This document shows positions 8,626 through 18,279 of a stretch of 64,000 nucleotides of DNA, one piece after another. This DNA is from a virus (Duplodnaviria > Heunggongvirae > Uroviricota > Caudoviricetes), in IMG/VR virus record IMGVR_UViG_3300023371_001771, positions 1-64,000 of that record, one strand, 5' to 3'. The translations under genes were made by a program, and so were the position numbers. Under the pieces are notes generated by a model. The model saw only the letters and a list, made by a program, of their open reading frames with translations, was not told where the DNA came from and did not search any database. The first letter of the stretch is position 1. The number at the start of each line of letters is the position of its first letter.

Positions 8626-10167
8626 TTATTGTTTTTTAATGATATAACCAATATGATTCCAAATATTGTAGTCCAAATTATAATCAAACAGCATAATTTT
8701 ATCTTTATCTCCAAGCCTATTCTTGTCCACTTTGATCGCGAAATATTTCTTCTTTGGATCTAAGTCATGAGCAACTTCCTCTCCCCAATCGTCATTAATT
8801 GCCATATATTGATAGTTATTATACTCATCAATATTGATTCTCTTACCAAGCGTCAGCAAGTCTACAGGGTGCTTAATGCCCTTTGCCGCACCAATGTTAT
8901 TTGAGCTAAGATCAAACACACTATCAAACACTGTTGCATCGGTAAGCTGAAAAGTACAGACACCAAACAGCTTCAATTCCTTTCCAAGCTCAACAATCTT
9001 TGTGGCTGTCATCTTTACCTTAACCCAATCCTCTGCGCCCCATGCCTTTAATGTATCTACCGCAAAACAATTGCAGTCATAAACCAATTTCGCTCTTCTA
9101 ATCTCAAGCTCAATTGCCTCGTCACTATAGTCAGCAGTAATATCATTAAAATAAAACTTACCTTCCAACTGCGCTTCCATCCAGCGAGTCACTGCAATAA
9201 CATCCTGATATTCCTTAGTGCTCTTAACTCTATTCAGAAAATCTTCATCGCTTTCAAGCCAATTACCATCTGCATCTCTAACTCTTTCAATAAACTCATG
9301 CGTTACGTCGTCCCTGAATAGGCCCATTGTAATTTCCTTTTCAGGTTTAATCAGCTCAACACCGTGAAGCTCCTTAAACTCCTTGCAATTCAGTACAGTA
9401 GTAATTAAGCAATTCTTAATTGCCTTCTCAGTCATCTCATTGCTAAGGAGCATAAATTTTTGTTTCTTAATCAATGTGACATACGCAATAAGATTTACCA
9501 AATTTCTTGATTTACCCTCATTTGACAAGAAGCCCTGAAACAAAACGTTCTCAGGAAGTAATCCTCTAAAATATTCATTATACCCATCCCAGTGAGTTTG
9601 AATACCAAACTGTGGTGCAAGCAAATAAGAATCTATTACATCAGACACTCCCTGAGTCAGCAACACAGGCTCTTCAATAACATTAATTTTTGTATTAATT
9701 TTATCTGCCTTACTGCGCATGTAACGATACACATCGCCTGCTGTCATATATTGAAAACTCTTTTTTGACAATATCTTTTCTGCGGGAAAACCTTGCTTAT
9801 CATATTCTCGCACAAGTGAAAACTTTTTTACCGTATTAAAAACATTTTTAAAATCACTAGGGTCTGCAATATCCATCATGTGCTGAATAGTCTTCCATCC
9901 ACCATATGATTTGTATAACTTAAGCCTTTCCGAATTCTGTGTTGCAAAATTATTGACTTTATTTTGAGACATATCCTGGCTAAAAGTCAAATAACACTCT
10001 TCAAATAAATCGTAAAAAAATCTAGTTGATTCTCCAGAAAAATCATATTTAGACTTTGTAGATTCTCCATAGCTTAAATAAAGATCTGGATCTTTATACA
10101 TGCAACCACAGAACAATAATTCTGCTTGATAGTTTGTTTTTTCAAATTGAATTACATTTTCATCCAT
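8626..10167 (-). CDS. hypothetical protein (513 aa), possible P-loop NTPase
   Basis: Large ORF. A QGFLSNEGKSRNL segment loosely resembles a Walker A loop. It lies in the early/replication region near the Sak4-like and SSB-like genes. Confidence 0.45.
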   Translation of the reverse strand: MDENVIQFEKTNYQAELLFCGCMYKDPDLYLSYGESTKSKYDFSGESTRFFYDLFEECYLTFSQDMSQNKVNNFATQNSERLKLYKSYGGWKTIQHMMDIADPSDFKNVFNTVKKFSLVREYDKQGFPAEKILSKKSFQYMTAGDVYRYMRSKADKINTKINVIEEPVLLTQGVSDVIDSYLLAPQFGIQTHWDGYNEYFRGLLPENVLFQGFLSNEGKSRNLVNLIAYVTLIKKQKFMLLSNEMTEKAIKNCLITTVLNCKEFKELHGVELIKPEKEITMGLFRDDVTHEFIERVRDADGNWLESDEDFLNRVKSTKEYQDVIAVTRWMEAQLEGKFYFNDITADYSDEAIELEIRRAKLVYDCNCFAVDTLKAWGAEDWVKVKMTATKIVELGKELKLFGVCTFQLTDATVFDSVFDLSSNNIGAAKGIKHPVDLLTLGKRINIDEYNNYQYMAINDDWGEEVAHDLDPKKKYFAIKVDKNRLGDKDKIMLFDYNLDYNIWNHIGYIIKKQ

Positions 10168-10182
10168 CGTACACGTCCTCCA

Positions 10183-10845
10183 TTAATCATCGTCGTCATC
10201 CAACAAATCAGAAATATCTCCCAGTCCTTCATGCTTAATTTCTGTTCTTTGCATGTTGTTATAGTTAATACGAGGAGTTGGCGTTTTAATTTCTGCCTGA
10301 AACGCATCTTGTTTTGCTTTATAAGCTAAAAATTCTGGTATTTTTCCTACAATAATAGCAAGATCATAAACAAGTCTTGTGTCATCATTTCTATGGCCAT
10401 TATGATTCATTTTCTTTTTATTATTAATTTTGTTTAGAGTTACTTGTCCCCATTGCCATGCTCCCAACAGCACCTCCATGGAAACAGGCTTACATCTTCT
10501 GCTTTGGTAGATTCCTCGTTCAAGGTCTGCAAGTCTTTGCCAGAATGAACATGGTACTTTTGTAATATTGTAATGATTTAGCAACCATTCATTTAAGTTG
10601 TCCCGAGCAAATGAATGCTTAATTTTTTCTTTTGCTTCTGCTTTGAGGTTTTGTATATTGTAAAGGGCGTCTCGCCACATTTCTGGTTTTCCACGCTTTG
10701 AACATGCTTTCTTAGTAGCCATTTCTTCGAAACATGCAATATGATAATACTTGTCTTTAAAAGATATCACTCCAGTGATATTGTTTATATTAACTTCTAT
10801 TGTATTTTTACAATAAGCACACTTATATTCCTGTTTATCTACCAT
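10183..10845 (-). CDS. zinc-finger protein with poly-Asp C-terminal tail
   Basis: N-terminal CxxC...HxxC cluster and C-terminal DLLDDDDD. Own promoter at 10871-10899. Confidence 0.5.
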   Translation of the reverse strand: MVDKQEYKCAYCKNTIEVNINNITGVISFKDKYYHIACFEEMATKKACSKRGKPEMWRDALYNIQNLKAEAKEKIKHSFARDNLNEWLLNHYNITKVPCSFWQRLADLERGIYQSRRCKPVSMEVLLGAWQWGQVTLNKINNKKKMNHNGHRNDDTRLVYDLAIIVGKIPEFLAYKAKQDAFQAEIKTPTPRINYNNMQRTEIKHEGLGDISDLLDDDDD

Positions 10846-10870
10846 GTTGCCACCTCCACTTTCTGTCGGT

Positions 10871-10899
10871 ATTATACTCCATTAATTTTGTATTGTCAA
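10871..10899 (-). promoter_or_regulatory. sigma70-like promoter with the motif as spacer (TTGACA-atacaaaattaatggag-TATAAT)
   Basis: Follows the intrinsic terminator 10912-10948 and precedes gene 10183-10845. Confidence 0.6.
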
Positions 10900-10911
10900 G
10901 CACCTACGCGT

Positions 10912-10948
10912 ACAAAAATAAAAAAATAGGGAGGCACGTGGCCTCCCT
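10912..10948 (-). terminator. rho-independent terminator after the Sak4-like ATPase gene
   Basis: Minus strand: GGGAGGCcacgtGCCTCCC followed by tatttttttattttt. Confidence 0.6.
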
Positions 10949-10959
10949 TTATATTCATA

Positions 10960-12138
10960 TTATTCTGAAACAATCTCAAGGATGTGTTCAAGCACGCTTA
11001 CGTCAGTTACTTTCTGATACGCAACAGGCAAACCAGCAGCCTTAAGCTTCTGTTTCATTTCCTGAACCTGAGGAGGAGTCATCGCCTTAGTAATTGGCCT
11101 AATCTGTTCAATAAGAGATTCAGCAGTTACAGGACTATCGCCTTCTGTCACCTTACTCATTTCCTTGTCCATATCATCCTTACTAATGGGCGCAGACGCT
11201 CTGCCCATAACTTCACGTGCATATAGCTCCTGTTCGGTTGCTGCGGCATCAGAAAGATCATTTCTTAGCACGAACTTCTTCTTGCCCTTAGAACGGTCAA
11301 TCACAACCTGCCAATCCAACAGCTGCGGGTCAACGAGAGTTTCCTTTGGATGCACACCAGTTCTATCCTTTTCCACATATGCTACAACATCATCATCTTC
11401 GTTTCTATAGAATCTTACAACAGTATCTGCGTTATAGCTAATGTTCTTAAATCCAGCAGGAATCTTTTTGCCAGTAGAAATACTAGTAGTATTTCCCTGA
11501 GAATCTACATATGTTTCCTTTTCATCAGTTTCGCGACAAGTTACTACAGAATGCACACCTGCGCCCTGTAGAGATAGAATTAGATTCTGTCCCTTATATG
11601 AAATAGATCCCCAATCCTTGGTTTCCAGGGAGCTTCCCTCAATAGCAACTAGTCTTTCTTCACCAACCTGTCCCTTCTTGTCAGCACGAACTCTTGCTCT
11701 CTTCTTAGAGAACTCAAGAAGTCCCTGCTGTACAGACATATGAAGAATAGATGCTCCGTCAACTACCATTGCATCTGCTCTAAATGGATTTCCGTTAGCA
11801 TCAACAACAACTTCATCAGTTTCGTTGCCTTCATCGTCCAAGACATAGAAATCAGAACCATTCTTTACCTTGTCTACGTACTCAAGCACCTCTGCAAGGC
11901 TAGAAGTGTACACAATAAAAATATTCTCAAGGTCAACGCCATTAGCTTCCATTTCATCAATATAATTATCAATAGAACCTGCTTCGCAGTCAATATATAA
12001 AATTCTTAGCGGACTACCATCTTCATTTCGCATGTATGCTAGTTGAGATGCAAATGTACTTTTACCAGTAAATGATTCTCCATATAGAATCATATTTAGC
12101 TTTTTCTGAATAGCCGCAGCCTTACGTGCCTTTGCCAT
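10960..12138 (-). CDS. RecA-fold AAA_24/Sak4-like ATPase (putative recombination/annealing helper)
   Basis: N-terminal Walker A MILYGESFTGKSTFA typical of phage Sak4-like ATPases, with a long C-terminal extension. An intrinsic terminator follows at 10912-10948. Confidence 0.55.
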   Translation of the reverse strand: MAKARKAAAIQKKLNMILYGESFTGKSTFASQLAYMRNEDGSPLRILYIDCEAGSIDNYIDEMEANGVDLENIFIVYTSSLAEVLEYVDKVKNGSDFYVLDDEGNETDEVVVDANGNPFRADAMVVDGASILHMSVQQGLLEFSKKRARVRADKKGQVGEERLVAIEGSSLETKDWGSISYKGQNLILSLQGAGVHSVVTCRETDEKETYVDSQGNTTSISTGKKIPAGFKNISYNADTVVRFYRNEDDDVVAYVEKDRTGVHPKETLVDPQLLDWQVVIDRSKGKKKFVLRNDLSDAAATEQELYAREVMGRASAPISKDDMDKEMSKVTEGDSPVTAESLIEQIRPITKAMTPPQVQEMKQKLKAAGLPVAYQKVTDVSVLEHILEIVSE

Positions 12139-12161
12139 ATATATTCAATCTCCTTTTATGT

Positions 12162-12185
12162 CATTATTAATTTTGTATTGTTAGG
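12162..12185 (-). promoter_or_regulatory. conserved leader motif copy
   Basis: ctaacaatacaaaattaataatg on the minus strand, between hairpin 12184-12205 and the RBS of the Sak4-like gene. Confidence 0.5.
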
Positions 12186-12205
12186 AGTGAGCTGTCGCCC
12201 ACTCC
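12184..12205 (-). terminator. stem-loop after the SSB-like gene (terminator-like, no clear U-tract)
   Basis: ggagtgggcgacagctcactcc. Confidence 0.35.
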
Positions 12206-12214
12206 TTGCTTGAT

Positions 12215-13288
12215 TTATTCAGCGTCCCATGGATCTTCATCGTCATCGTCATAATCATCGCCCCAGCCGCTAGTGTCTGCGCTTGAGGTTGCCTTGCCAG
12301 AGAAGTTCTGTTCTGCAGTCTGAGACGCACGGATCTTCTTGATTGCTTCAGCAACATTCTTTTCGGTATAGCTTTCCCTATCAATACTAGAAGGCTTAGC
12401 ACCAGTAACAACCAGTTCAGTTCTAGTGGGCGCAGACACACTATTCATTGCGTTTGCTTCGCCCCAACAATCATCTTCGGTTACTTCCTGAACACTATGA
12501 GTCACCTCAATCTTACCATGCACTTCAATAGCAGTATAAGGCTTAAGGTTCTTCTTAAATAGACCAGCAAGCTTGGTGTCAACAATAATGAACTGAGTGT
12601 CAACAATATCAGAATAGGTTACAATCTTTGCAGAAAGCACAAATCTTCCAGTGTCCTTACCATTTTCCTGTTCCTTTTCAATACCAGTGAACACAATAGC
12701 CTGAGTAAAGTCATGAGTTGGCTTAACATCAACACCATCATATGCGCTATAATCAATATCCTTGCATAGAGAAATCTGATTTGGCACATACTTAATGCTT
12801 CTGCGAATATTTCCATCTCCATCCATAAAGCTACTAAAATCAAGATTGCCTCGAATAAAAGTTGACATATCATCCTTTAGATGCGCATTAATATAATCAC
12901 ATGCGTCAAACTGCGTCATTGTCTTTTTGTCATTAACTGTCTTACCATTACTGTCTACTGTCTTAGTAAGACCAAGATTAACACCAATCATTCGCCAGCC
13001 TTCTGCATTAAACTTGTTTCTATTTGCCCAATCTACAGCCTGTGTTTCGGTCTTGCCAGACTCCTGATCTCTCTTAGAAAAATATACCTTCTGCTGTGGC
13101 ATGCCATTTAGGCTCATATACACACTCTTCTTGTCATCATAAGCACAACCGAAATTTACAGCTCTAAAATCCTTCCCAGTCTTTGTCTTCTTACTGGTAT
13201 AAAACTTATCTCTTTCGGTGCCGTTAATAATACCTGCTACCTGAAATGTACCCTTAGTTTCTGGAAGCTCAAAAATCCTATTCGCCAT
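12215..13288 (-). CDS. putative single-stranded DNA-binding protein (non-canonical, acidic C-terminal tail)
   Basis: C-terminus WGDDYDDDDEDPWDAE resembles the acidic SSB tail. It sits adjacent to the Sak4-like ATPase. Confidence 0.4.
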   Translation of the reverse strand: MANRIFELPETKGTFQVAGIINGTERDKFYTSKKTKTGKDFRAVNFGCAYDDKKSVYMSLNGMPQQKVYFSKRDQESGKTETQAVDWANRNKFNAEGWRMIGVNLGLTKTVDSNGKTVNDKKTMTQFDACDYINAHLKDDMSTFIRGNLDFSSFMDGDGNIRRSIKYVPNQISLCKDIDYSAYDGVDVKPTHDFTQAIVFTGIEKEQENGKDTGRFVLSAKIVTYSDIVDTQFIIVDTKLAGLFKKNLKPYTAIEVHGKIEVTHSVQEVTEDDCWGEANAMNSVSAPTRTELVVTGAKPSSIDRESYTEKNVAEAIKKIRASQTAEQNFSGKATSSADTSGWGDDYDDDDEDPWDAE

Positions 13289-13317
13289 AATTACGTCTTC
13301 TCCTTTTAGTCCTTAAA

Positions 13318-13659
13318 TTATTCCTTGCAATTGCAATGTTCACAATTGCCATCACAGTCACATTCATCTTCAACTAGAATGTCTGCAAATCCATCCTTGA
13401 ACATTTCGTCCAGTACATTAAGCAGTTCGTAAACGTCATCACATTCAAAAACCTGCTCCATAATGTTAAATTTTACGCGTTCGTAATCAGAAGGGGTGCT
13501 CATATCAAACTCATAAACCCAAGTAGGATCACAGCAACAACTTACCCTAAACATAGATTCATCACAATGCTTCTGAAGCTCAATACAGTACATGTCTTCA
13601 TAGATGCCAGCAGTGTGAAAAGTGATTACCTCAGCAGTATAAGTTCCGTTGTACACCAT
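13318..13659 (-). CDS. hypothetical Cys-rich protein
   Basis: ORF with a C-terminal CDCDGNCEHCNC cluster. RBS and leader motif lie upstream. Confidence 0.5.
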   Translation of the reverse strand: MVYNGTYTAEVITFHTAGIYEDMYCIELQKHCDESMFRVSCCCDPTWVYEFDMSTPSDYERVKFNIMEQVFECDDVYELLNVLDEMFKDGFADILVEDECDCDGNCEHCNCKE

Positions 13660-13679
13660 ACCATTAATCTCCTTTTACG

Positions 13680-13698
13680 CCATTAATCTTGTGTTGTT
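13680..13698 (-). promoter_or_regulatory. conserved leader motif copy (variant with caagattaatgg)
   Basis: aacaacacaagattaatggcg on the minus strand, upstream of gene 13318-13659. Confidence 0.5.
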
Positions 13699-13906
13699 AA
13701 TATATGAATCGATCCATATTAGGATTCATATATAAATAAATATCTTCCTGGTCTTCGCCCAAGTTCAAACCTGTAGTTATACCACAATTTGGACAATTAG
13801 CTTTCACAAACGTCTCGTCAATTGGGATATCGTGCGGGGTTATATATATTACTCCACATGTTTGACATTGGATATAACAACTTTCTCTTTTCCATTCCGT
13901 ACTCAT
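13697..13906 (-). CDS. zinc-ribbon protein
   Basis: Contains CQTC...CPNC. Promoter 13980-14008 and leader motif lie upstream. Confidence 0.5.
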   Translation of the reverse strand: MSTEWKRESCYIQCQTCGVIYITPHDIPIDETFVKANCPNCGITTGLNLGEDQEDIYLYMNPNMDRFIY

Positions 13907-13943
13907 TATTCATGTTTGGCCTCCTTCCATACCGTCTCAATAC

Positions 13944-13963
13944 CATTAATTTTGTGTTGTAAT
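13944..13963 (-). promoter_or_regulatory. conserved leader motif copy
   Basis: ttacaacacaaaattaatgg on the minus strand, downstream of promoter 13980-14008. Confidence 0.5.
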
Positions 13964-13979
13964 CTTACATCATGTAAGC

Positions 13980-14008
13980 ATTATATCATATATTTTCCAG
14001 CTTGTCAA
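13980..14008 (-). promoter_or_regulatory. sigma70-like promoter (TTGACA-N17-TATAAT)
   Basis: Minus strand: ttgacaagctggaaaatatatgatataat. Confidence 0.55.
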
Positions 14009-14036
14009 GTGTTTCCCCGCCCCAACCGCCATATTT

Positions 14037-14303
14037 TTATAATATAGTATAATCAATATATAATTCCATTACTTCACTTTTCAAACAACATGCTTTGTCA
14101 TCAATGCTTATCTCACAAAGCTCGTCCATAGTGATATATCTCTCTTCGTCTTCAATAATAAGGCCGATGCGACCCTCGTCCACAAAAGGATGAAGGACAC
14201 ATCTGTTCATTTTTTGGTTACCATACAGCAAATGATTGATTCGCAAATTTGCGTTCTTATTTTCTAGTGCCATAAATTTCTCTATAAAATCTCTTGTCAA
14301 CAT
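14037..14303 (-). CDS. hypothetical protein
   Basis: ORF in the co-oriented array. Confidence 0.45.
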   Translation of the reverse strand: MLTRDFIEKFMALENKNANLRINHLLYGNQKMNRCVLHPFVDEGRIGLIIEDEERYITMDELCEISIDDKACCLKSEVMELYIDYTIL

Positions 14304-14327
14304 TTGTTATACCCCCTAGGCTGTCAA

Positions 14328-15242
14328 TTACACAAAATCCTTAAAGCGATGTGCTAAATTATCTACGTAGCTATCTGACTGAAATCCATACTTTTCAGCT
14401 AACTGCCTACCATCTTCAGATCTTAAAAAGCTTTTAAGCTCAAGCCCTGTTTCTTGCATGCCTTGAACTAAATAATGGTACATGCCGCTGATGTGTATGT
14501 TTTTCATTGTTAGGCTGGGGATACCAACTAGATCTCTGAAGTTTTGCAGTTTTCTATACACCCATCTAAAATTGCGGTCATCAGAATCTGCGGCATGTGC
14601 ATTATCTCTTTCCTTGTATAGTCTGCCAACTCCAATGAGTTTTTTAACTCTCAAGGATTCTCCATAACACATATATTCAACTTCATCGAACGCTTTTGTC
14701 AAAAGTTCATACAGTCTATCTGTCAATTGAACCACTCTTCCGTCAGAGAAATATAATGATTTCTCCCTTGAATTGACCATAGATCTATCAATCTTCACCA
14801 AGTCATTCATACTTGGTCCAGAAATGCCCTCCCATAAGCACTCTAAGATTGCCTTGTCAGTCCAATTGTATAACTGACCCTCGATTTCAGTTATTTCTTC
14901 TCTACTTAAGAATTTCATGCTATCAGGTGGAACGCATGGCTTTAATAAATCTATTGTAATACTATTATATGAGTCCGTTGTTTTATCTTTATGATAATAC
15001 TTTCTCCATGCGCAATATGCTTTTAGAATTACGTTGTAATTCATAAGCACATAAACCGATTTTGCCTTAAATTCTTTATACATTTCTAAAGATTCTGCGT
15101 TATTGAACTGACTGCAATCTTTATTATTTTTTTCTTCAAAAGGTTCTGTTTTTCTGAATAGACTATATAAAGACGTTCTGGCTACCACCCTTGACCTTAA
15201 ATAATCGTTTATAAAACCTTCTTTCATGTCAGATTGATACAT
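14328..15242 (-). CDS. hypothetical protein
   Basis: ORF trimmed to ATG (MYQSDMKEG) downstream of the sigma70-like promoter at 15267-15295. Confidence 0.5.
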   Translation of the reverse strand: MYQSDMKEGFINDYLRSRVVARTSLYSLFRKTEPFEEKNNKDCSQFNNAESLEMYKEFKAKSVYVLMNYNVILKAYCAWRKYYHKDKTTDSYNSITIDLLKPCVPPDSMKFLSREEITEIEGQLYNWTDKAILECLWEGISGPSMNDLVKIDRSMVNSREKSLYFSDGRVVQLTDRLYELLTKAFDEVEYMCYGESLRVKKLIGVGRLYKERDNAHAADSDDRNFRWVYRKLQNFRDLVGIPSLTMKNIHISGMYHYLVQGMQETGLELKSFLRSEDGRQLAEKYGFQSDSYVDNLAHRFKDFV

Positions 15243-15266
15243 TGATATTGCCACCCCTTTGTGGAT

Positions 15267-15295
15267 TATTATATATGACGAACATGTGTTTGTCA
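15267..15295 (-). promoter_or_regulatory. sigma70-like promoter (TTGACA-N17-TATAAT), motif-like AACAATTACAAA immediately upstream of the -35
   Basis: Minus strand: caacaattacaaattgacaaacacatgttcgtcatataataat. Confidence 0.5.
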
Positions 15296-15316
15296 ATTTG
15301 TAATTGTTGGAATATT

Positions 15317-16291
15317 TTAAATCATACCATCCAAAATATTCGCTGCCTTTTTCTGCTTTTCCTTGGACAGTTCAGCATATCTTTGCGTGGTTGATACATT
15401 TTTATGATGCAGCTGTTTAGCGCACAAATAAATATCACCAGTCGCTTCGTACAAGTTAGTCGCGCAAGAATGTCGCATTACGTGAGGCGTAACATGCTTA
15501 TCGGTTGCCCCTTTTGCATATTTGTCCATCATGTCCTTGACTGTTCTTACGTCCAGTCTTGTGTTTCGCTGAGTGACAAACAATGCATCATTGTCCGCAG
15601 CATTAAAATACAGTTCACGATCTTTAAGCCACAATTTGATTTGTGTTTTAAGATTATCGCCGATTACTACGCAAGCGTCATGATCACCCTTTTCTGTAAT
15701 ATAGATTTGATTATGCTCCAAATCCAAATCGCTAATATCGATTTGTACAATAGCAGAAATTCGTAGACCAGTTGCAAACCCAAGTTTCAAAAGACACAAA
15801 TCTCTATTTATTAGCTTTTCGTTTGCTGTCTGTTCTACATTTTTCAGAATTTTTGCGATTTCTTCTGAGGTCAAAAAAGTTACATTAGGATTGTCTTTCA
15901 TCTTCGGTCTTGATGTATTGCTTACTGGATTTGTGTCAATATAATCAGGCACCAAAAACTGAAAAAACGAGTTAAGCGCGGACCAATTCGTTGTCTTATA
16001 GCTATCGGATGTCCTTTCGGTTTTTCCATTAGTTGATTTAGTTCTCAAAGAAGAAATGTACCTGTTAATATGGCTAGTATTTACATCAAGATAGAATTCT
16101 TCTGGACATTTCACCTTAAATGTAAATTTAATAAATCGAATTACACTTGAAATGTATTCTTTTGCCGTTCTATATGATTTGCCTGCACCAATTAGACTGT
16201 ACCAGTAATCAGTCAAAATAGACGGCATACCTTGTATATTTTTCATAACATTTTGTTCAATCTGCATTTCATTTTCAAATCTACCACTCAA
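15317..16291 (-). CDS. tyrosine recombinase/integrase (XerC/D-phage integrase family)
   Basis: C-terminal catalytic motifs HVMRHSCAT ... LHHKNVSTTQRYAE (R, H-x-x-R, Y). The start is uncertain: a TTG after AAGGAGG at 16291, or an upstream ATG at 16342. Confidence 0.8.
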   Translation of the reverse strand: MSGRFENEMQIEQNVMKNIQGMPSILTDYWYSLIGAGKSYRTAKEYISSVIRFIKFTFKVKCPEEFYLDVNTSHINRYISSLRTKSTNGKTERTSDSYKTTNWSALNSFFQFLVPDYIDTNPVSNTSRPKMKDNPNVTFLTSEEIAKILKNVEQTANEKLINRDLCLLKLGFATGLRISAIVQIDISDLDLEHNQIYITEKGDHDACVVIGDNLKTQIKLWLKDRELYFNAADNDALFVTQRNTRLDVRTVKDMMDKYAKGATDKHVTPHVMRHSCATNLYEATGDIYLCAKQLHHKNVSTTQRYAELSKEKQKKAANILDGMI

Positions 16292-16697
16292 CGTAACGGC
16301 CTCCTTTTTCGATCTTCTTCTTTCTCCAGCTGAAAAAAACATATGAAATCAAACACCACAGTATAATATTTCCTTTGAAAATCGTCGCGACAATCATAAG
16401 GAAAATATACCATACCCACCCAATGGTGAGTCCGTCAATCATTGAATCTGGCAACACTTTTTCTTCTGGAAAATGTACATTACTATTTGTTTTACTTGTT
16501 ATTTTAATAAAACAGTTATCAAAATGTTCCTGATACGCATGATACCTTGCGTGGCCAAGTTTATACACATACACTTCACGTTTCGTATCATAACAAATAA
16601 ACGTAGCTTCCGTTTCTTCAAGGCCATCTTTAACAATAAATACTGTACCAGTATAATATTTTTGCCCATCAACAACAAAATAATTTTGAAACCTCAT
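16281..16697 (-). CDS. hypothetical membrane protein
   Basis: ORF trimmed to ATG after GGAGG. C-terminal TM helices. Confidence 0.45.
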   Translation of the reverse strand: MRFQNYFVVDGQKYYTGTVFIVKDGLEETEATFICYDTKREVYVYKLGHARYHAYQEHFDNCFIKITSKTNSNVHFPEEKVLPDSMIDGLTIGWVWYIFLMIVATIFKGNIILWCLISYVFFSWRKKKIEKGGRYVEW

Positions 16698-16912
16698 TGA
16701 ATTTCCTCCAAGCAAGAAATCGCTTCTTCGAGCGCATCAATCGCTGCTTCCAAGTTTTCTTGTGCCTCCTCAGATTCCATTCCTCTGTCAGATCCCTGCA
16801 AACTTTCGGGCATGTTGTCAAACGCTTCCTGTTCATCATCGAGAATGTTCTGTACCAGTTCTTCGATGCGCTCAATTGCCTGTTTGATTTGCTTTCTTCT
16901 TGCCTTATTCAT
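16694..16912 (-). CDS. small acidic coiled-coil protein
   Basis: ORF with ATGA overlap to the next gene. Confidence 0.45.
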   Translation of the reverse strand: MNKARRKQIKQAIERIEELVQNILDDEQEAFDNMPESLQGSDRGMESEEAQENLEAAIDALEEAISCLEEIQ

Positions 16913-17175
16913 GCCTGTACTCCTCCAGTTACTTCCATAATATATTCGTTGATCATAATCTTTCTAGCTTTACGCTTCTGTTTAACCAATTCCCGCTGTC
17001 TCCAATACTGGTGTTCTTCATTCTTAACAAGATGCTTGCACTCTTTCTGAAGACAGTTCTTGCACTTCATCTGCTTTACAGTCATAGATGCGTGATGGTG
17101 TCGGCAGTACGCAGCTACATTGTTTGAGCAGGTATTAAACAGACATTCCTTCATAGTATACCACCTTTCCTGCAT
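16909..17175 (-). CDS. Cys/His-rich zinc-binding protein
   Basis: Contains CLFNTC...CRHHH...CKNC...CKH. Promoter 17175-17202 lies upstream. Confidence 0.5.
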   Translation of the reverse strand: MQERWYTMKECLFNTCSNNVAAYCRHHHASMTVKQMKCKNCLQKECKHLVKNEEHQYWRQRELVKQKRKARKIMINEYIMEVTGGVQA

Positions 17176-17203
17176 TATACCTCATTAATTTTGAATTGTC
17201 AAG
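17175..17203 (-). promoter_or_regulatory. sigma70-like promoter with the motif as spacer (TTGACA-attcaaaattaatgagg-TATAAT)
   Basis: Class A arrangement. A tandem second TTGACA lies upstream. Confidence 0.55.
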
Positions 17204-17230
17204 ATTGTCAATTTTGAATATTTCAACTAT

Positions 17231-17746
17231 TTATGCGATCTTTTTACGCTTTTCAAAAGTTCTCTTGTATGGTTCAAATTCTTTTGTCTCATCATATCCA
17301 ATGCTTTTAAGAATCTGGATCCTTTCTGTTTCATCAATAATTCTAGTAATTTTAATCTTATCCGTAATAATCCATATGCGATTGCATCCAGTCTCTCTAA
17401 ACCTGTAAAATCCGTTCTCTGGGATATGATCTACAAAACATTTTTTAGGTAGTTGCGCAACCACGTCAGTATAATCTACTGCTGTGTTACATTCTACTTC
17501 ACACCAAACTCTTTTCCATGTTTTACCCCTTTGTGACTTATACATTCCATTGGCAGACATAAGCCATGGTGCAGAACAAATCTGGCCTACATGAATACCA
17601 GGTCTTTTTGCGAAGCCTGCAGTTGGATGATTTTCTGCTTGAATCCATTGTCCAATTGGATATACAGTTTTCTTATCAATAAACAACGGATACAAATTGC
17701 CGAACCTATCCATTTCAAATAACTTGTAGTATTTCTGTTTGCTCAT
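17231..17746 (-). CDS. hypothetical protein
   Basis: ORF in the array. Confidence 0.5.
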   Translation of the reverse strand: MSKQKYYKLFEMDRFGNLYPLFIDKKTVYPIGQWIQAENHPTAGFAKRPGIHVGQICSAPWLMSANGMYKSQRGKTWKRVWCEVECNTAVDYTDVVAQLPKKCFVDHIPENGFYRFRETGCNRIWIITDKIKITRIIDETERIQILKSIGYDETKEFEPYKRTFEKRKKIA

Positions 17747-17949
17747 ATATTATACCTCCCTTATTCCTCTGTATCAAACAGCATTTCAATTGTATTATTT
17801 TCTTCATCAATATTAAATTCCTGAAAATATGTTTCAAACCATTCCTGTTTATTTCCATCTACAAAATAGATTTCTGCATTTGGATATATTTCTTGCAATT
17901 TTAACAAATTCTTAACGAGTTCTTTAATTTTCATACTTCCATCTCCTTT

Positions 17950-18279
17950 TTAATTATCATACTTTGAACAATGCCCACTTGCGCACACCAGATCTTCAAT
18001 AAAAGGTTCATATGCCTTAATAAACCTAATTAGTCTACCAACATCAGATCGCCATGTCTTGCGTTCATCTTCGTATTCGCTATGCCTCATTTCTTCATTG
18101 CAATGCCCAACCTCATAATAAGTACTAAGCACATAATCGCACTCAGCAACCATATCACGCAAATTCCATTCGCTTGTATTTTCACTAAGCGTTTCTCCAA
18201 TTGTGTTATGTTCATAGCAAAGTGAATACATGATATTGTTGTATCTTTTAAGCGCACTTTCCATGTTTAACTTCTTCAT
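17950..18279 (-). CDS. hypothetical protein
   Basis: ORF in the array. Confidence 0.45.
   Translation of the reverse strand: MKKLNMESALKRYNNIMYSLCYEHNTIGETLSENTSEWNLRDMVAECDYVLSTYYEVGHCNEEMRHSEYEDERKTWRSDVGRLIRFIKAYEPFIEDLVCASGHCSKYDN

Noticed and set aside
11165-13111. Plus-strand ORFs antisense to the Sak4-like and SSB-like genes
   Set aside because: Shadow ORFs of longer, motif-supported minus-strand genes.
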